A stretch of DNA of 61,037 nt, the filler included. It is 12 parts of 12 records of this genome, joined end to end, with 100 filler letters (N's around TTAATTAATTAA, not from the genome) between each part and the next. Parts side by side here need not be neighbours in the genome. Positions count along the whole stretch, not along the records: positions 8,455 to 14,743 come from SRR7504441_10080; positions 14,844 to 19,157 come from SRR7504441_10084; positions 19,258 to 24,640 come from SRR7504441_10085; 9 more parts are not named here. One strand, written 5' to 3'. Of the stretch, positions 11,016-22,293 are shown in pieces (the stretch's first letter is position 1; every line of letters starts with the position of its first letter). The translations under genes were made by a program, and so were the position numbers. The notes under the pieces are model-generated. The model saw only the letters and a program-made list of their open reading frames with translations. It did not search any database and was not told the origin of the DNA.

Positions 11016-13142
11016 TCATATATGTGAGGGGAACTGAGTAGTTGAGAAGCGCAGACTCTCAAAGATAACCGCGTGATTACTCAGAAGCAGACACACCACC
11101 AGTGCAGAAAGCATCAACCACGTAGACGGCAGCTGGTCCATCAGCATCTCAAACTGACTCGGTTCGGGCTCGCACAGCCCAGCCGGCTCGGGCAAGTGCT
11201 CAAGCTGCACTTGGTGGGCCGCGGCAGCGATCTCGCGCCTCAACTCCTCCAGCTCCATCTGAATGCTCTCAGTGCACGGCCGGCTCTCCATCGTCTCCTC
11301 CACCTGCTCCCTTAGAAGGTCCAGCTCAGGGTCAACTGTGTGCGCCAACTGCCCGCGAAGCTCGTCCAGCTCGCGCTGTACGCTCTCGCTGCACGGTCGG
11401 GCCTCAATCGCATCGGCTAGCCGGGTCTGGGCCGCTTGCAGCTCGAGCCGCAGCCCGTCCGTTTGGACCGCGCCTTGTACCAACTCGGCACGAAGCTCGT
11501 CCACTTCGGCTTGCAGCCGGGCGTGCTGTGACGCATCCTGCTGGAGTGCCACAAGCTGCTGTTGTAGGCCTCGGATCTGGGCAGCCAGGCTGTCCGCCAC
11601 ACACTCCCCGTTGCTCTCGACCACTTGGATCAGCTCCTTGCGCAGCGTGTCGAGCTCCCGCTGGCTCCTGCTGTCCTGGCCTGCCAGCTGCTGCTTGAAC
11701 GAGGCCAGATCCTCCGCCAATGGCCCAATCGAGTGCGGCTCGAGGCTAGTCTCATCAGACTTGTAGGATATGAGCCGCATCTGCTCCACGGCGGCCGCCT
11801 GCCACTGCTGCATCGCACCCACCTCCCCAGCCAGCCGCTGCACTTGCTCGCTGCTCTGCAGGCTCAGCTGAGCCAGCTGGCCCTCCAGCCTGCTCACTTC
11901 CTCATTCCTCTGCCGGATCAGCCCAGCCACCGCCGCGCTGGGCTCCCCGCCAGCCTCGACCACAGGCTCACGCGCCGCCAGCTCGGCCAGCCGCCGCTCC
12001 AGGCGTCTCACATGACCCTCAGTCTCTGCGAGTTTGGTCTGCGTCTCTATGCTCACCTGCGACTGCTTGCCCACGCGCTCAATCGCCCGTTCGATCTGCG
12101 CCATGGCCGCCCGCCGCCAGTCCTCGTCCTCGCTGGTCATCCGCCCCGGCTCGTGCACCGACGCCACCAGCTGCTGCAGAGCGTCCATCCTCCAACGAGC
12201 CGCCTCATCTTCGAGCTTGGCCCTCAGCCCGGCCAGACCGGCCTGCTCCTCGGCCTGCACCCGCTCAACCGACTCGACCGCCTCCTCCGCCGCACGGAGC
12301 CGAGTCTCGCTCCGAGCGGCTGACTGTATGGCCAGGCTCGAGTCACATTCGAATATCCGGAGAGACGCTATGTGCTCGGCTTGGCTGGCCAACGCCGTGT
12401 CAAAAGTCTCGGCTAGCGCGGCCTGCTCGGCTAGCCCAGCCTGCAGCTCGGCCATCTGTTCGCGCGTGTGGATCCACCACTCCTGCACCCGCCGCCACCG
12501 GCTCCAGTCGTTCTCTCCCTCCTCCTCGGGTTGTGGGCTCGCACCTGCAGAGCCAGGGTCCACCTTACTACCCTGCTCGCGCGGCCTGGGCGTGAACTCC
12601 GGGCTGAGCCGCGGGTCGCGCAGCTGGGCGGCCGGTCGCTTGAGCGCGGCCAGCTCGGCCGCCATTCCGGCGAGCTTGCCCTGGATCTCTGCGACCTCCA
12701 GCCCGAGCTCGGTAAGCAGCTCCGGTGGCAGCCCAACGGCCGGCCTGGCGGTGACGGGCGGACTGGGTGGGCTGGGCGGGGACGCCGGCAGTGAGAGGCC
12801 CGAGGCGAGCAGCGCGCGAGAGGACTCGGCGTGCATGGACTGGACCGAGTGTTCTAAGTAGTACTTGACCACCCGCAGCTCAGCCCCGAGCTCGCCGGCC
12901 TGCCCAGCAAGCTGGTCCACCGCCGTCCGGAGTGAGCCGAGCTCGCCGTCAATCCGAGAGCGGTGGGCCCGGGCCTCCCGCCGGACCACACCGCGGAGCG
13001 ACTCGAGCTCGCGCTCGCACGCCTGGAGCCTCTCCCCAGCCGCCGCCTTGGCCTCGGTCCGCAGCTCGTCGCGCAGCTCGGCCAGCAGCTCCGCACGGAG
13101 CGAGCGGCCCGGCGAGCCGCCGAGCGGCGCGTATGGGTCCAT
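11016..13142 (-). CDS. Long coiled-coil protein with C-terminal TM helix (tail-anchored, golgin-like)
   Basis: 708-aa ORF rich in E/Q/L/A heptads; hydrophobic WLMLSALVVCLLL near the C-terminus. Confidence 0.7.
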   Translation of the reverse strand: MDPYAPLGGSPGRSLRAELLAELRDELRTEAKAAAGERLQACERELESLRGVVRREARAHRSRIDGELGSLRTAVDQLAGQAGELGAELRVVKYYLEHSVQSMHAESSRALLASGLSLPASPPSPPSPPVTARPAVGLPPELLTELGLEVAEIQGKLAGMAAELAALKRPAAQLRDPRLSPEFTPRPREQGSKVDPGSAGASPQPEEEGENDWSRWRRVQEWWIHTREQMAELQAGLAEQAALAETFDTALASQAEHIASLRIFECDSSLAIQSAARSETRLRAAEEAVESVERVQAEEQAGLAGLRAKLEDEAARWRMDALQQLVASVHEPGRMTSEDEDWRRAAMAQIERAIERVGKQSQVSIETQTKLAETEGHVRRLERRLAELAAREPVVEAGGEPSAAVAGLIRQRNEEVSRLEGQLAQLSLQSSEQVQRLAGEVGAMQQWQAAAVEQMRLISYKSDETSLEPHSIGPLAEDLASFKQQLAGQDSRSQRELDTLRKELIQVVESNGECVADSLAAQIRGLQQQLVALQQDASQHARLQAEVDELRAELVQGAVQTDGLRLELQAAQTRLADAIEARPCSESVQRELDELRGQLAHTVDPELDLLREQVEETMESRPCTESIQMELEELRREIAAAAHQVQLEHLPEPAGLCEPEPSQFEMLMDQLPSTWLMLSALVVCLLLSNHAVIFESLRFSTTQFPSHI

Positions 13143-13271
13143 GTACCACGGCCGCTAGTATCCGGCTGCCGGGTGCATCGCGCTTGTCATCAACCAAAAC
13201 GAAACGACAACGGACAGATTGGATTGAATCATGGCGCAGATTCTCTGAAGGGAGAGCTTTGCGACTGACTG

Positions 13272-13875
13272 ATGGAGCAAGACAGTACCAATTTGGCCCG
13301 CCGGCTGGTCGAGGGGAGCGCGCGGACCTGGGCCGGCGCGTGCGAGCTAGAGTCGCTGACCGGGCTGCCCCCGCGGGTGCTCCAACGGGCGCTGGCCCGA
13401 GGTGCCCACCGGCTGGCTCAAACGCGATCGGCCGGGCAGCCAACGATCGTCTCCGGCAACAGGCGGCGGAGCATTTTAGCAAGGGCCGGGTGCGCGCCGG
13501 CCTGGGCTGGGCCGAGCCGGCCGGGCAGGTGCGGAACGCTCTCCGGGAGGCCAAGCAATGGGAGCGGGAGCAACAGGCCGGCAACAGGCCGGACCGGTCA
13601 GCCCTCCGCCCGGCGGTTATGACCATGCCGCAGGTCGACGCTGGTCGACGGCGATCTTGCCGCGGCGCCGGAGACCTGGCCTGGCCGTGACGGTGGACGG
13701 GAGGCTCGTGACCGGTGCGGCGGTGACCGGCGGCCCGGCCGAGCTCGTGCCAGGTTCCGGCGGGCACTCAAGCAAGCTGCAGAGGCTGAGGCCGCGCTAT
13801 CGGCGGCTCGAGAGCAGCGGGGCGCGGCGGAGGTGCTGGCGGCAGCTTCTGCTGGTTAGGGTCGGGGCAGCGTGA
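13272..13875 (+). CDS. Hypothetical multi-exon protein (3' end unresolved)
   Basis: ATG at 13272. Introns 13402-13439 and 13490-13528 give the continuous reading ...ARANDRLRQQAAEHFSKGRVRNALREAKQWEREQQ. Confidence 0.4.
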
Positions 13876-14475
13876 GGTGGCGAGGCTGCGGCCATTGGCT
13901 GAGGCTCGAAGTGTGCTTGGGTGTGCGAGCGACGGCGGGCTGGGCCCAGTCTTGCTGCATACCGCGCTGTTAGGTGCGGGGCTGCTGGGGACTAGCCGAG
14001 CCAGGGGGGTGGACAGTCCAAAAGGTGCAGAAGGCGGTGCAGGCTAATCGGAAGCTTCGCAAGGTGCGGAGATAAACTCAGCACCAGGGCCGTGATGGAG
14101 TGTGGCCGCAGGAGCTCAAACGGAAGGTTGGGGCCCCACCGAGCCTGGAGGCGCTCCCTGCTCCCCAGGTATACCAGGCTGCGGCGGGGGTGGATTGGGA
14201 CGGCAGGGACCAGAGGCGTTGAAGGCGGTGGCAGCCACCGGCCACAAGCGGCCAAGGAATGTGGCTTGAGCATATTAGCGAGATCATAGCAGCATAGAAA
14301 TGATACTAGAGAAAGATCGATCTTAGCAAGAACCGCACGTAGCTTGATGCACGGTCTTAGGTAATGACATTGTGTGTATTGTTGTGCTACTGTAGCTACG
14401 AAAGATAATCGCAGTATGTTTATTACGCAGCATGTCCAGCTCCTTCTGTTCCTTCTCTCGGGCGACCTTTTCCTT

Positions 14476-14714
14476 CTGTTTCTTCTCCCGGGCAATCCGC
14501 TCTACGTCGGCCTCATGGCCGTAGCATGGCCGCCTTGAACATTGTCCGAGCGCGAGCCACACCCTCCCGTGTGTGATGATGCAACAGCCGACCCAACTGA
14601 CAGTCAGGTTGGGCTTCAGTTGGGTCGGCGGTTGCATCATCACACATGGGGGCGTGTGGCTCGACCGCGGCCATGCAGGGCGACCTAGAGCGGATCGCCC
14701 GGGAGAAGAAACAG
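14476..14714. repeat. Long imperfect inverted repeat (foldback hairpin)
   Basis: 14553-14600 pairs with 14616-14663 (44/48 Watson-Crick) around a 15-nt loop. 14476-14513 pairs with 14677-14714 (35/38). Confidence 0.9.
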
Positions 14715-14844
14715 CCGATCGGGCTGACCGTGCAGCGGGACGGNNNNNNNNNNNNNNNNNNNNNNNNNNNNNNNNNNNNNNNNNNNNTTAATTAATTAAN
14801 NNNNNNNNNNNNNNNNNNNNNNNNNNNNNNNNNNNNNNNNNNNG

Positions 14845-14991
14845 GAGCCAGAGCCGGAGCCAGAGCCGGAGCCCGAGTCGGAGCCAGAGCCTGTGGTGGA
14901 GAAGCCAAAGCCGCGGCCAAAGAAACGGCAGAGGGAGGACGACACAGATGCTGGAGATCAAGACACCGACACTGCTTGTGTGGTGATGTAG
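14845..14991 (+). CDS. 3' fragment of a protein with EP repeats, a polybasic patch and a CaaX end
   Basis: Reads EPEPEPEPESEPEPVVEKPKPRPKKRQREDDTDAGDQDTDTACVVM-stop; 5' end cut by the contig edge. Confidence 0.6.
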   Translation, partial: EPEPEPEPEPESEPEPVVEKPKPRPKKRQREDDTDAGDQDTDTACVVM

Positions 14992-15402
14992 GCTGCACGC
15001 GATGCAACAGGATGCTAGCTCGACTTAGATTAGGGCAATCGTCTCTACACTTTCTCCCACTGGATTGCTACAATATTTCTACATTTTGGTAGTAATGCCA
15101 AATGCACGGCACTATGCGTGTACATCATATGATACAAAAACTACTTTCATGAATAAATATATTCTCATCCGGACGGTATAACACGTTAATACAATGTTGA
15201 AACACGAGACAATTGCACGAGACTTCATGAATAACTCTCGAATTCTCCGAATGTACGGTATGTGGTTCATGCCGACTTTCTATAATAAATGTACTCACAC
15301 GAGCCAGTGGCTCCTCCAAGGACGTCCGGCGGTGTGCTGAATTCGTGGGTGCCTTTCGTATGACTAGTGTACGACTTCAGTTATTAACGTAAGCCCTGAG
15401 GA

Positions 15403-16386
15403 TTAGTGGTAAACTGTCCTCCGGTCCGTGAGGAATCTCCGCTCGCCCCAGTGTGTCTCGGATCTCCAGTTGTTCATTCGGTCCTCAAACCTGCGCTCAG
15501 CTCTATGAAGCGGCTCGCCAGGAGGGTTCCGCCACCAGGGCCCTCCTGGCCGCCGCTCCCACACAGTGATGTGGTCCTCGACCCCGTTGATGTGGTCTCC
15601 ATACGGGGCCCAGACTGCGCCGGCCTCCGAGTGATTCATCGATTCGGTCACCACCTTCCGTCCGCTGACCATGGCGCCGTCCCACACGGCCGGCCTGTCG
15701 TCTGGCCTGCGTGCGGGGGTTGGGATCTCGTTCAAATTGTTGTGCGCCATCTCTATCAGCACGTCCTTGAGCTCCTCCACCCCAAGCATCTCCTTCCCGG
15801 AGCTCAGCACCAGACACCTCGCCCCGATCTGGTCAGCCACCGCCCAGCACTCGGCCTCCGTGCACGGGCGCGGTCGGTCGGTGGTTCGCACGTGCCGCTG
15901 GAGGCTCTCGTCGTACTCCCAGCCCTGCCCAACCCCGCCCAGCCCGCGGCTCCACAGGTCGTGCTTGCACCCGACCAGCACAATCTCCGCGAACCCGGCC
16001 CCGAGCACCGCCCGGACCTCAGCCGCCCACCCGGTCCCTGGGCCGTCTCCGGACGCCCGGTGCAGCGTGGCCCGGTCGGTCATGTCGAACGCAATCAGGA
16101 CCGCGTTCGCGCCGGCGTACACCAGCTCGCGCAGCGGTCCGCTCTGCGGAGAGCCCACCGTGTCACGCAGCTCGATCTCGCGCGGCTCGGGCTTGAGCGC
16201 GGCCTGGGCGAGTCCGCGCCACTGGTTGGGCAGCCAGAGCTGGTTGAGCCGCAGGGTGTCCAGAGTGGCCTCGTACTCGGGCATACAGAACTTGGGGCTC
16301 GGCTTGCGCTCGCGGAGGGCCGAGACTAAGCTCGACTTGCCGCAGCGGGCATCGCCCACCACCGCAACTACCAGTGTGCCCGTCAT
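15403..16386 (-). CDS. Atypical Rho-family small GTPase with C-terminal extension
   Basis: G1 VVGDARCGKS, G2 YEAT, G3 DTVG, LRELVYAGANAVLIAFD, G4 LVGCKHD, G5-like SSGK; ATG at 16386. Confidence 0.82.
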   Translation of the reverse strand: MTGTLVVAVVGDARCGKSSLVSALRERKPSPKFCMPEYEATLDTLRLNQLWLPNQWRGLAQAALKPEPREIELRDTVGSPQSGPLRELVYAGANAVLIAFDMTDRATLHRASGDGPGTGWAAEVRAVLGAGFAEIVLVGCKHDLWSRGLGGVGQGWEYDESLQRHVRTTDRPRPCTEAECWAVADQIGARCLVLSSGKEMLGVEELKDVLIEMAHNNLNEIPTPARRPDDRPAVWDGAMVSGRKVVTESMNHSEAGAVWAPYGDHINGVEDHITVWERRPGGPWWRNPPGEPLHRAERRFEDRMNNWRSETHWGERRFLTDRRTVYH

Positions 16387-16449
16387 CTGCTGCCCAAGTG
16401 GCTGCTGCACGCGGTGCGCGTAACGGACGGTTGGTGACAGCCTCAGGCC

Positions 16450-18358
16450 ATGGATGCGGTGCAGGCACAGGCGGAAGAGCAGAGCGCGGCCGAGATGAAC
16501 CCGGGCCTGTTGGCGTTCGCCCATATGGAGCGGGCGCTGCTGCAGGATCCGGACGGCCAGAGCGACCGGCACGCCCAGTTCTGGGCATCCTACTGCCAGG
16601 CCGAGGCGCCCCCTGCGCCCCGGGCCGGCCTGAGCGGCGGGCAGTGCGAGGTGCAGCCGCACCAGGCCCGGCGGGTGGTCCAGGCGCTGATTCGACGGAT
16701 CCAGTCGAACGGGTCGCACACCCGACCCGAGCTGCTCCAGCAGGGGCCCACCGGCCTGCGCGCAATGGAGCTGCTCATGCGGCTCATATCGCGTGCGCCC
16801 CCCGCCCGGCAGCAGCCCGCTCACTGGGGCGGGGCAGAGCCTGCCGGGCCCAACCGGCACCAGCAGCTGTTCAGCCAGGCGGTGGCCTCCGAGCCGATCG
16901 CGGTGCGTCGGCTGGGGCTTCACGCCTACCTCGTGGCCGGGAGCGAGTGGGAGCGTCGACTGGTGCTCGAGACCGGGTACCAGCTGGCGGCCCAGGTGCC
17001 CGGGCTGGGTAGTCCGCACAGCTTCTTCGCAGTCACCGCCTTCGCCGATCTTCCCGGCTCACGACTCAGAAAGAGCGAGACCCTGCAGGCGCTCAACGAG
17101 TACACAGCGGCCCGAGGCGACCCGTCGAGCCCAGTGACAGACATCCCGTCGATGCTGGTCCCGGGCCAGTCCACCGGCGGCACCAGCCTCACCCGGGCCC
17201 AGCGGCGAGCGGCGAGCACTCCGACCACACAGACCACACAGAGGGTAGGCTCGTCCGACCGCTGGAGCGGCCTTCTCGACCAACTGGACGCAATCCCGCC
17301 CACCGTGAGCTCCTCCCCGATCAAGGCGCTCGCCGGCTACTTTGTGCAAGCCGTCAAGCGCCAGCCGGGCGAGCGGGCCGGCCGGTGCGAGCGGGCCATG
17401 TCTGAAGCCGGTTGGTCGTGGGAGCTCAATGCACCAAATCCATCCGCTGAACCGGGCAAGCTCAAAGCGGGGGTGCTCCGAATGGCCAGGCTGGCGATCG
17501 AGGATTTCCCGGATCAGGAGAACGAGCACCGGCACAGGCAGGAGCTGCAGCCGATGGTTGGCGTCAGGTCTGAGTACGGCTCTGACCAAGATCCTCGGGT
17601 GGTCTCACTGCAGGAGGAGCAGATGCAGTGCCAGGCGCTGATCTACACCCTGATCGACATCCAGAACTGCGTCATCCGGGTGCGCCCGCCCGGTTTGTAC
17701 GCTGAGCCTAGATGCAGATGGATGAGCACAAGACGACTCTCCGACAGATTGAGAGGGAGAGGGCGGAGGTCAGCCGGAGGATCGGGCAGCTGCACGAGCA
17801 GATCCGATCGGACGCCAAGGACGCCGTCGAGTTTGGTGCACACTCGGCCAAGCAGCAGGACCGCAAGATGCCGTTCTCAGAGCTTGAGCTGCGCTACCAC
17901 CGGCCAACCGCCTCGGAGACCACAGGAGGGCACAGAGAACAGGCGAAGGCGATTGCAGATGCGGTGGTGGCGCGCACCCAGCAGACTCTGGAGCGCGAGA
18001 ATGCGTTGCTCAAGCAGCAGCTGGCGAGGCTCGATGGGCTCACAGCCGCACAGGCCGACCACCTGGTGACCCGGTCGGTGGGCCTGGCTGAGCCAACGGA
18101 CAGGCGGACAGCCGGTTCTGCGAGCAGCAACTCGAGATATGCGTGCACAGCCTGAGGGTGTGTGGGATCGAGCATGTGCGAGGGAGCGCGGTGCTCGATC
18201 AGCGCGGGCTGATGCAGAAGGACGCGGTCGAGAGAGCGGTGCTGCTGGCGGTCGACCAGGTGGTGGAGACGGTGGCCCAACTCAAGCTGGTCAACCGCGG
18301 CTTTCACAAGGGGTTTCAGTTTCCTCGCCGATGCTTGGAAACTGGGACCTCTTGTTAG
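16450..18358 (+). CDS. Hypothetical coiled-coil protein, multi-exon
   Basis: The ORF from 16450 joins the 17712 and 18143 frames through short GT-AG introns (e.g. 17680-17717); coiled-coil C-terminal half. Confidence 0.55.
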
Positions 18359-18743
18359 AGACACACCATAAGATAGAACTAACTACTCGTTGAAGTTACG
18401 ATGATCTCGTATTCAAATCTTGATTTACATGAATTCATTGTCTCAGGCACTAGGCAGAGCTATGCGTACTACACTCGCAAAGCTATGAGTGTGCACTCAC
18501 TCGAACAAGATTGATCACAATCCTCATATGGACGTTCCAAATCTAATGATGTCATCATGCATGCAGCCAATCTCCTACAACTGCACACCTCGCTCCAACA
18601 AAATCTGGGGCAATCCTCGTGTGCAAATGAATGCATGCAGCCAGTCTCCTATAGTTGCATACTCACTCGAACAACAATGATCATATACATGTAGACTTGA
18701 CAGTCAGCTGCGAGATTGGACAACAGCCGCCGAAAACAATTAG

Positions 18744-19157
18744 CTATACAAGCTTGAGCTCCTTGTTGTCGTCATCGCCGCAGCACTTGGCATCCTCGTA
18801 CAACTTCTTGACGTGCATGCACTGGGTAACAGTTCGTCCAGCGATTGTTTGGGCCTCACTCAACTGACGTTGCAGGTCATTGATGGTAGCCTGATTCTCC
18901 GCAAACGCCAAAGCTGTTGACTGATTGATTTTTTGCAGCTCATTGATGGTAGCCTGATTCTTCGCAAACGCCAAAGCTATTTGCTTTTTTGCCTCCAGGT
19001 CAACAAGCGCTCGGGAACTGTGAATGTGCGCCAGATCCCACGAGTCCATGGAGCCATACTTATCGACTACCTCCTGAGGACATGTGCAGCCGTAGCTGTT
19101 GGCGCCCAGCACTGGTTCCACTCCTGCAGGACAGCACTTGTCGACCGCGGCCTCGAG
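18744..19157 (-). CDS. 3' fragment of hypothetical protein with an internal 21-aa duplication
   Basis: ALAFA(K/E)NQATIN(E/D)LQ occurs twice (63-nt period around 18875-18980); cut by the contig edge. Confidence 0.45.
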   Translation of the reverse strand, partial: LEAAVDKCCPAGVEPVLGANSYGCTCPQEVVDKYGSMDSWDLAHIHSSRALVDLEAKKQIALAFAKNQATINELQKINQSTALAFAENQATINDLQRQLSEAQTIAGRTVTQCMHVKKLYEDAKCCGDDDNKELKLV

Positions 19158-19801
19158 NNNNNNNNNNNNNNNNNNNNNNNNNNNNNNNNNNNNNNNNNNN
19201 NTTAATTAATTAANNNNNNNNNNNNNNNNNNNNNNNNNNNNNNNNNNNNNNNNNNNNACTTTCAAGCCAACCGGTGGACACTGCGAGTGCACTTACCCTC
19301 GGATGCAGCTGGGCCCATTGAGCTCAACTGCGGCGGTGTCCGGGTCCCCACCAGCATTGAGTATCCAAAGCGCGACGCCCCGGCAGCGTTCCAGCCGTTG
19401 ATGGACGACGTGCCGCCTCTCGCTCCTGCGGGCGTGCTGACGGGGCTGGTTGATTTCGGTGCACGCGAGAATGGCAAGGCCTTGATATCTTGCCAGCTTC
19501 GAGCTCAAACTTAATTAAGGAGACACCGCGCTCCCAGCGCATGTATGTCATGCAAAGCTTTGAAAAATCTGGCTGCAATAATTGTTGACGTGTACAAGTC
19601 ATGTACGAGAATTATAATTGAAACAATTACACAATCATGAATGTGATGATTGCATACTTAATTGTTACTAATTGTTACAGTACACACCGTCGGATTTATA
19701 CACGCGTAAACCCGCTTGAATTTACTTCCACATTTTCCAGCCCATCTAGTACAAAATATGCTTCGCATGTAAAGTTCTCACGGACCTTCATAGTTAACCT
19801 C

Positions 19802-21169
19802 TCAGATAGTTGCTTCAATAGAAGTCTCAAGCGTCCGGATCTCCGGCGTCTTTGGTCTCGGGCTTGTACTCGGCTCATCTAGTGCAAACCCATACTGCGC
19901 TATCAGCTGGTCGGCGTCCATATCTTTGGTCCCCTGAAGTTCCGGGCTCTGCATGCCGCGAGGCTCGCTCGGCGACAGCCCATACTGTGCTATCAGTTGC
20001 TCAGCGTCCATGATCTCCATCTCGTCTGAGCACTCGGACTTCGCTCGGATCCGCGGCGAGAGATTAGCTATAGCTGTAGCTATAGCCGGCTCGTCCGGGT
20101 ACAGCTTAGGGCTTGTGGGCGTCTTCATTCGTCCCAGATCAAGCGGCGAGATCGAGGCTGGCTTAGGCGAGACCGATCGGTTGGGACTAAGAGGATCGTC
20201 GAAAAAGCTCACGTCGTCACTCTCAATGCTGTAGCACGAGCTGGGCGAGGCCAGGTCAGCTCGGTTCGGGCTGTAGGAGCTGAGAGGGCTAGTCGATCGA
20301 TTCGGGCTGTGCGGGCTAAGAGCCATCGAGACCCCAAACTCGTCAGCCGCGGCCTGCAGGTGGGCATCGAGCTGGCTTGGGCTGTTTGGGCTCAGATCGG
20401 CCTGACCGGAGGATCGGTCCTGGCTTGGAGCGATGGAGACGCCAAACTCGTCAGCTGCAGCGCACAGAAACCCGTCCAGCTGGCTCGGGCTCTTGGAGCT
20501 CGGGTCGGCCTCCTCTGGGGGCTCGCTCGCCCGCGGGACAGCCAAACCAAACTCCCGCTCGGCCATCTGCACTATGTCGTACCCCCCCTCTGCCCCATCG
20601 GACCCATCCACCGCCGGGGCCGGCTCCCACTCCCCCGGTGTCTCGCCATCGCCCGCCGGCTCGCCCTGGCTGCCCTTGAGTTGCCGGAGTTCAGCCTCCA
20701 GCCGGCCGCATCTGAACCGGAGCTCGTTCAGCTCACTCCTTGCCTCAAACAACTGCCGCTCCAGCTCGCGCTCGCGGGCCGGCCGGTCCGGGTGGGCCTT
20801 GAGCCGGCCCAGCTCGGCCCGGAGCGCGCTGAGTTCCTGTCGCTCGATCTGCAGGTCGGCGGCGTCCGCCTCCTCCAGCCGTCCCTGGAGCCCTGCGTTC
20901 AGGGCCTGGGCAGCCTCGAGCTCAGTCCGCAGCCGCTTGGTGTCCGCCAGCCAGGAGAAGGCCACCGCGGCCGGGGGCTGGTTGGTCGGTGGCCTGTCGG
21001 CGAGGACTCGCCAGGTGGTCAGGGCAGCCACCAGCCGGCGCAGTTGGTCGGCCGCGAGGTGATGCGAGACGAGCCGGAGACCTGCCGCCTGGCGAGTCCG
21101 GTCTAGCTGGGCTTGGAGCCGTTGCTCCGGGTCGGACCGGCCGTCCACTGGGCCAGCCACACCTGTCAT
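19802..21169 (-). CDS. Coiled-coil / low-complexity protein with repeated SPSQLD-AAADEFG and MDAxQLIAQYG motifs
   Basis: Long ORF with ATG at 21169; internal peptide repeats visible. Confidence 0.6.
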   Translation of the reverse strand: MTGVAGPVDGRSDPEQRLQAQLDRTRQAAGLRLVSHHLAADQLRRLVAALTTWRVLADRPPTNQPPAAVAFSWLADTKRLRTELEAAQALNAGLQGRLEEADAADLQIERQELSALRAELGRLKAHPDRPARERELERQLFEARSELNELRFRCGRLEAELRQLKGSQGEPAGDGETPGEWEPAPAVDGSDGAEGGYDIVQMAEREFGLAVPRASEPPEEADPSSKSPSQLDGFLCAAADEFGVSIAPSQDRSSGQADLSPNSPSQLDAHLQAAADEFGVSMALSPHSPNRSTSPLSSYSPNRADLASPSSCYSIESDDVSFFDDPLSPNRSVSPKPASISPLDLGRMKTPTSPKLYPDEPAIATAIANLSPRIRAKSECSDEMEIMDAEQLIAQYGLSPSEPRGMQSPELQGTKDMDADQLIAQYGFALDEPSTSPRPKTPEIRTLETSIEATI

Positions 21170-21291
21170 AGCTCTTGCATGAGTCCCACCCTTTGCACAA
21201 ACAGACAGCCCCAGCGGACGGCCCAATAAACTCTCAAAAAAACAAGGCTCTTGGAGGCCGCCCGTTGCGTCATCAAGGATCTCACACTTGC

Positions 21292-22293
21292 ATGGATGAT
21301 GGGCCAGAGCCCAAGCAGCGGCTGCGCCAGTTGCAGCCCCCGCGCCAGTTGCAGCCCCCGGCACGCCGGGGGGGCGCGGTCTGGTCCCCCGTGCCCAGCG
21401 GCTGGCAGCGTGTGCCCTCCGCCTCGCCTGTCCCCGCCGAACTGAAGCGGTGCCCCGAGGACGTAGGGTACCTCTTCCACGCGCTCGGCAAGGCGCGAGA
21501 GCGGATCGACGCGGCGGTGCGGGAAGCCTTCGAGGACTGGGAGCAGCTGTCGGGCGCAGTCGGTCACCCGCCGGCCATGAGCACCCCGGACGAGCACTGG
21601 CCAGCTGAGCACGCCACCAACTACGGGTGCAACAAGATCCGGCTGAGCGCCCCGGCCGAGCTCAAGCAGCAGCTGGCGCTAGCCAAGGCCATGTGCCAGC
21701 AGCTGAACGGGTCAATCGACTTGGACGTTGCCTCTGACCCGGAACTAGAGCAGATGGAGGCATCTCTCAAGCAGGCGCGCGCCCAGCTAGCCGACGAGAA
21801 GTCCCGGAGGCTGCAGCCCGACGCCGGATGGGTGGCCTCGTGCAATCAGACCTCCGACCAGTGGCAACGGCGTGAGGACAACCCAGGGGCGACGTCGCCC
21901 GGCAGGGAGCGGCCGTCGGCTGACGAGCTGGTGACGATTGCGGATGAGTTTGGGGTGGCGCTGTCGGCCGCACGGGAAATGACAGAGCATTACGTGAGTT
22001 TGTGCAACCGACTTGCCAAGATGTTCGAGACAGTTAAGACGGTCCAGCCGTTGGTGGATGAGCTGCGCGAGACTCAGCAGCGGCTGGCTCTGCTGCAGGG
22101 CGTAGCCACTGATAGCCATCTGCAGTCACTGCCTGAGGATAGTCTGAGCCAGCTAGCATCGGATGTCGGGAAGCGGTGCGATCAGATCCAGGCGATCCAG
22201 GCCCGGCGGCAGTGCCAGGCCGAGATGAGTGCGCTGCCAGCACAGCGACCAGGAATCGAGGACGATATCCCTGTGGTCCATCGCTCCCTGTGA
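21292..22293 (+). CDS. Coiled-coil protein ending just before a decayed RING-HC domain
   Basis: ORF MDDGPEPKQR... ends at TGA 22291-22293. Confidence 0.6.
   Translation: MDDGPEPKQRLRQLQPPRQLQPPARRGGAVWSPVPSGWQRVPSASPVPAELKRCPEDVGYLFHALGKARERIDAAVREAFEDWEQLSGAVGHPPAMSTPDEHWPAEHATNYGCNKIRLSAPAELKQQLALAKAMCQQLNGSIDLDVASDPELEQMEASLKQARAQLADEKSRRLQPDAGWVASCNQTSDQWQRREDNPGATSPGRERPSADELVTIADEFGVALSAAREMTEHYVSLCNRLAKMFETVKTVQPLVDELRETQQRLALLQGVATDSHLQSLPEDSLSQLASDVGKRCDQIQAIQARRQCQAEMSALPAQRPGIEDDIPVVHRSL

Noticed and set aside
14844-14991. Assigning a taxon from EP repeats and general gene style (e.g. Picozoa-like marine protist)
   Set aside because: Only an impression; it needs a phylogeny of STT3 or UPRT. 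No rRNA or tRNA genes were seen.
18875-18980. 63-nt-period direct repeat
   Set aside because: An in-frame coding duplication in a coiled-coil fragment.
22291-22293. Selenocysteine in a RING finger
   Set aside because: A second lesion in the same domain favours decay, and no SECIS could be identified by eye.
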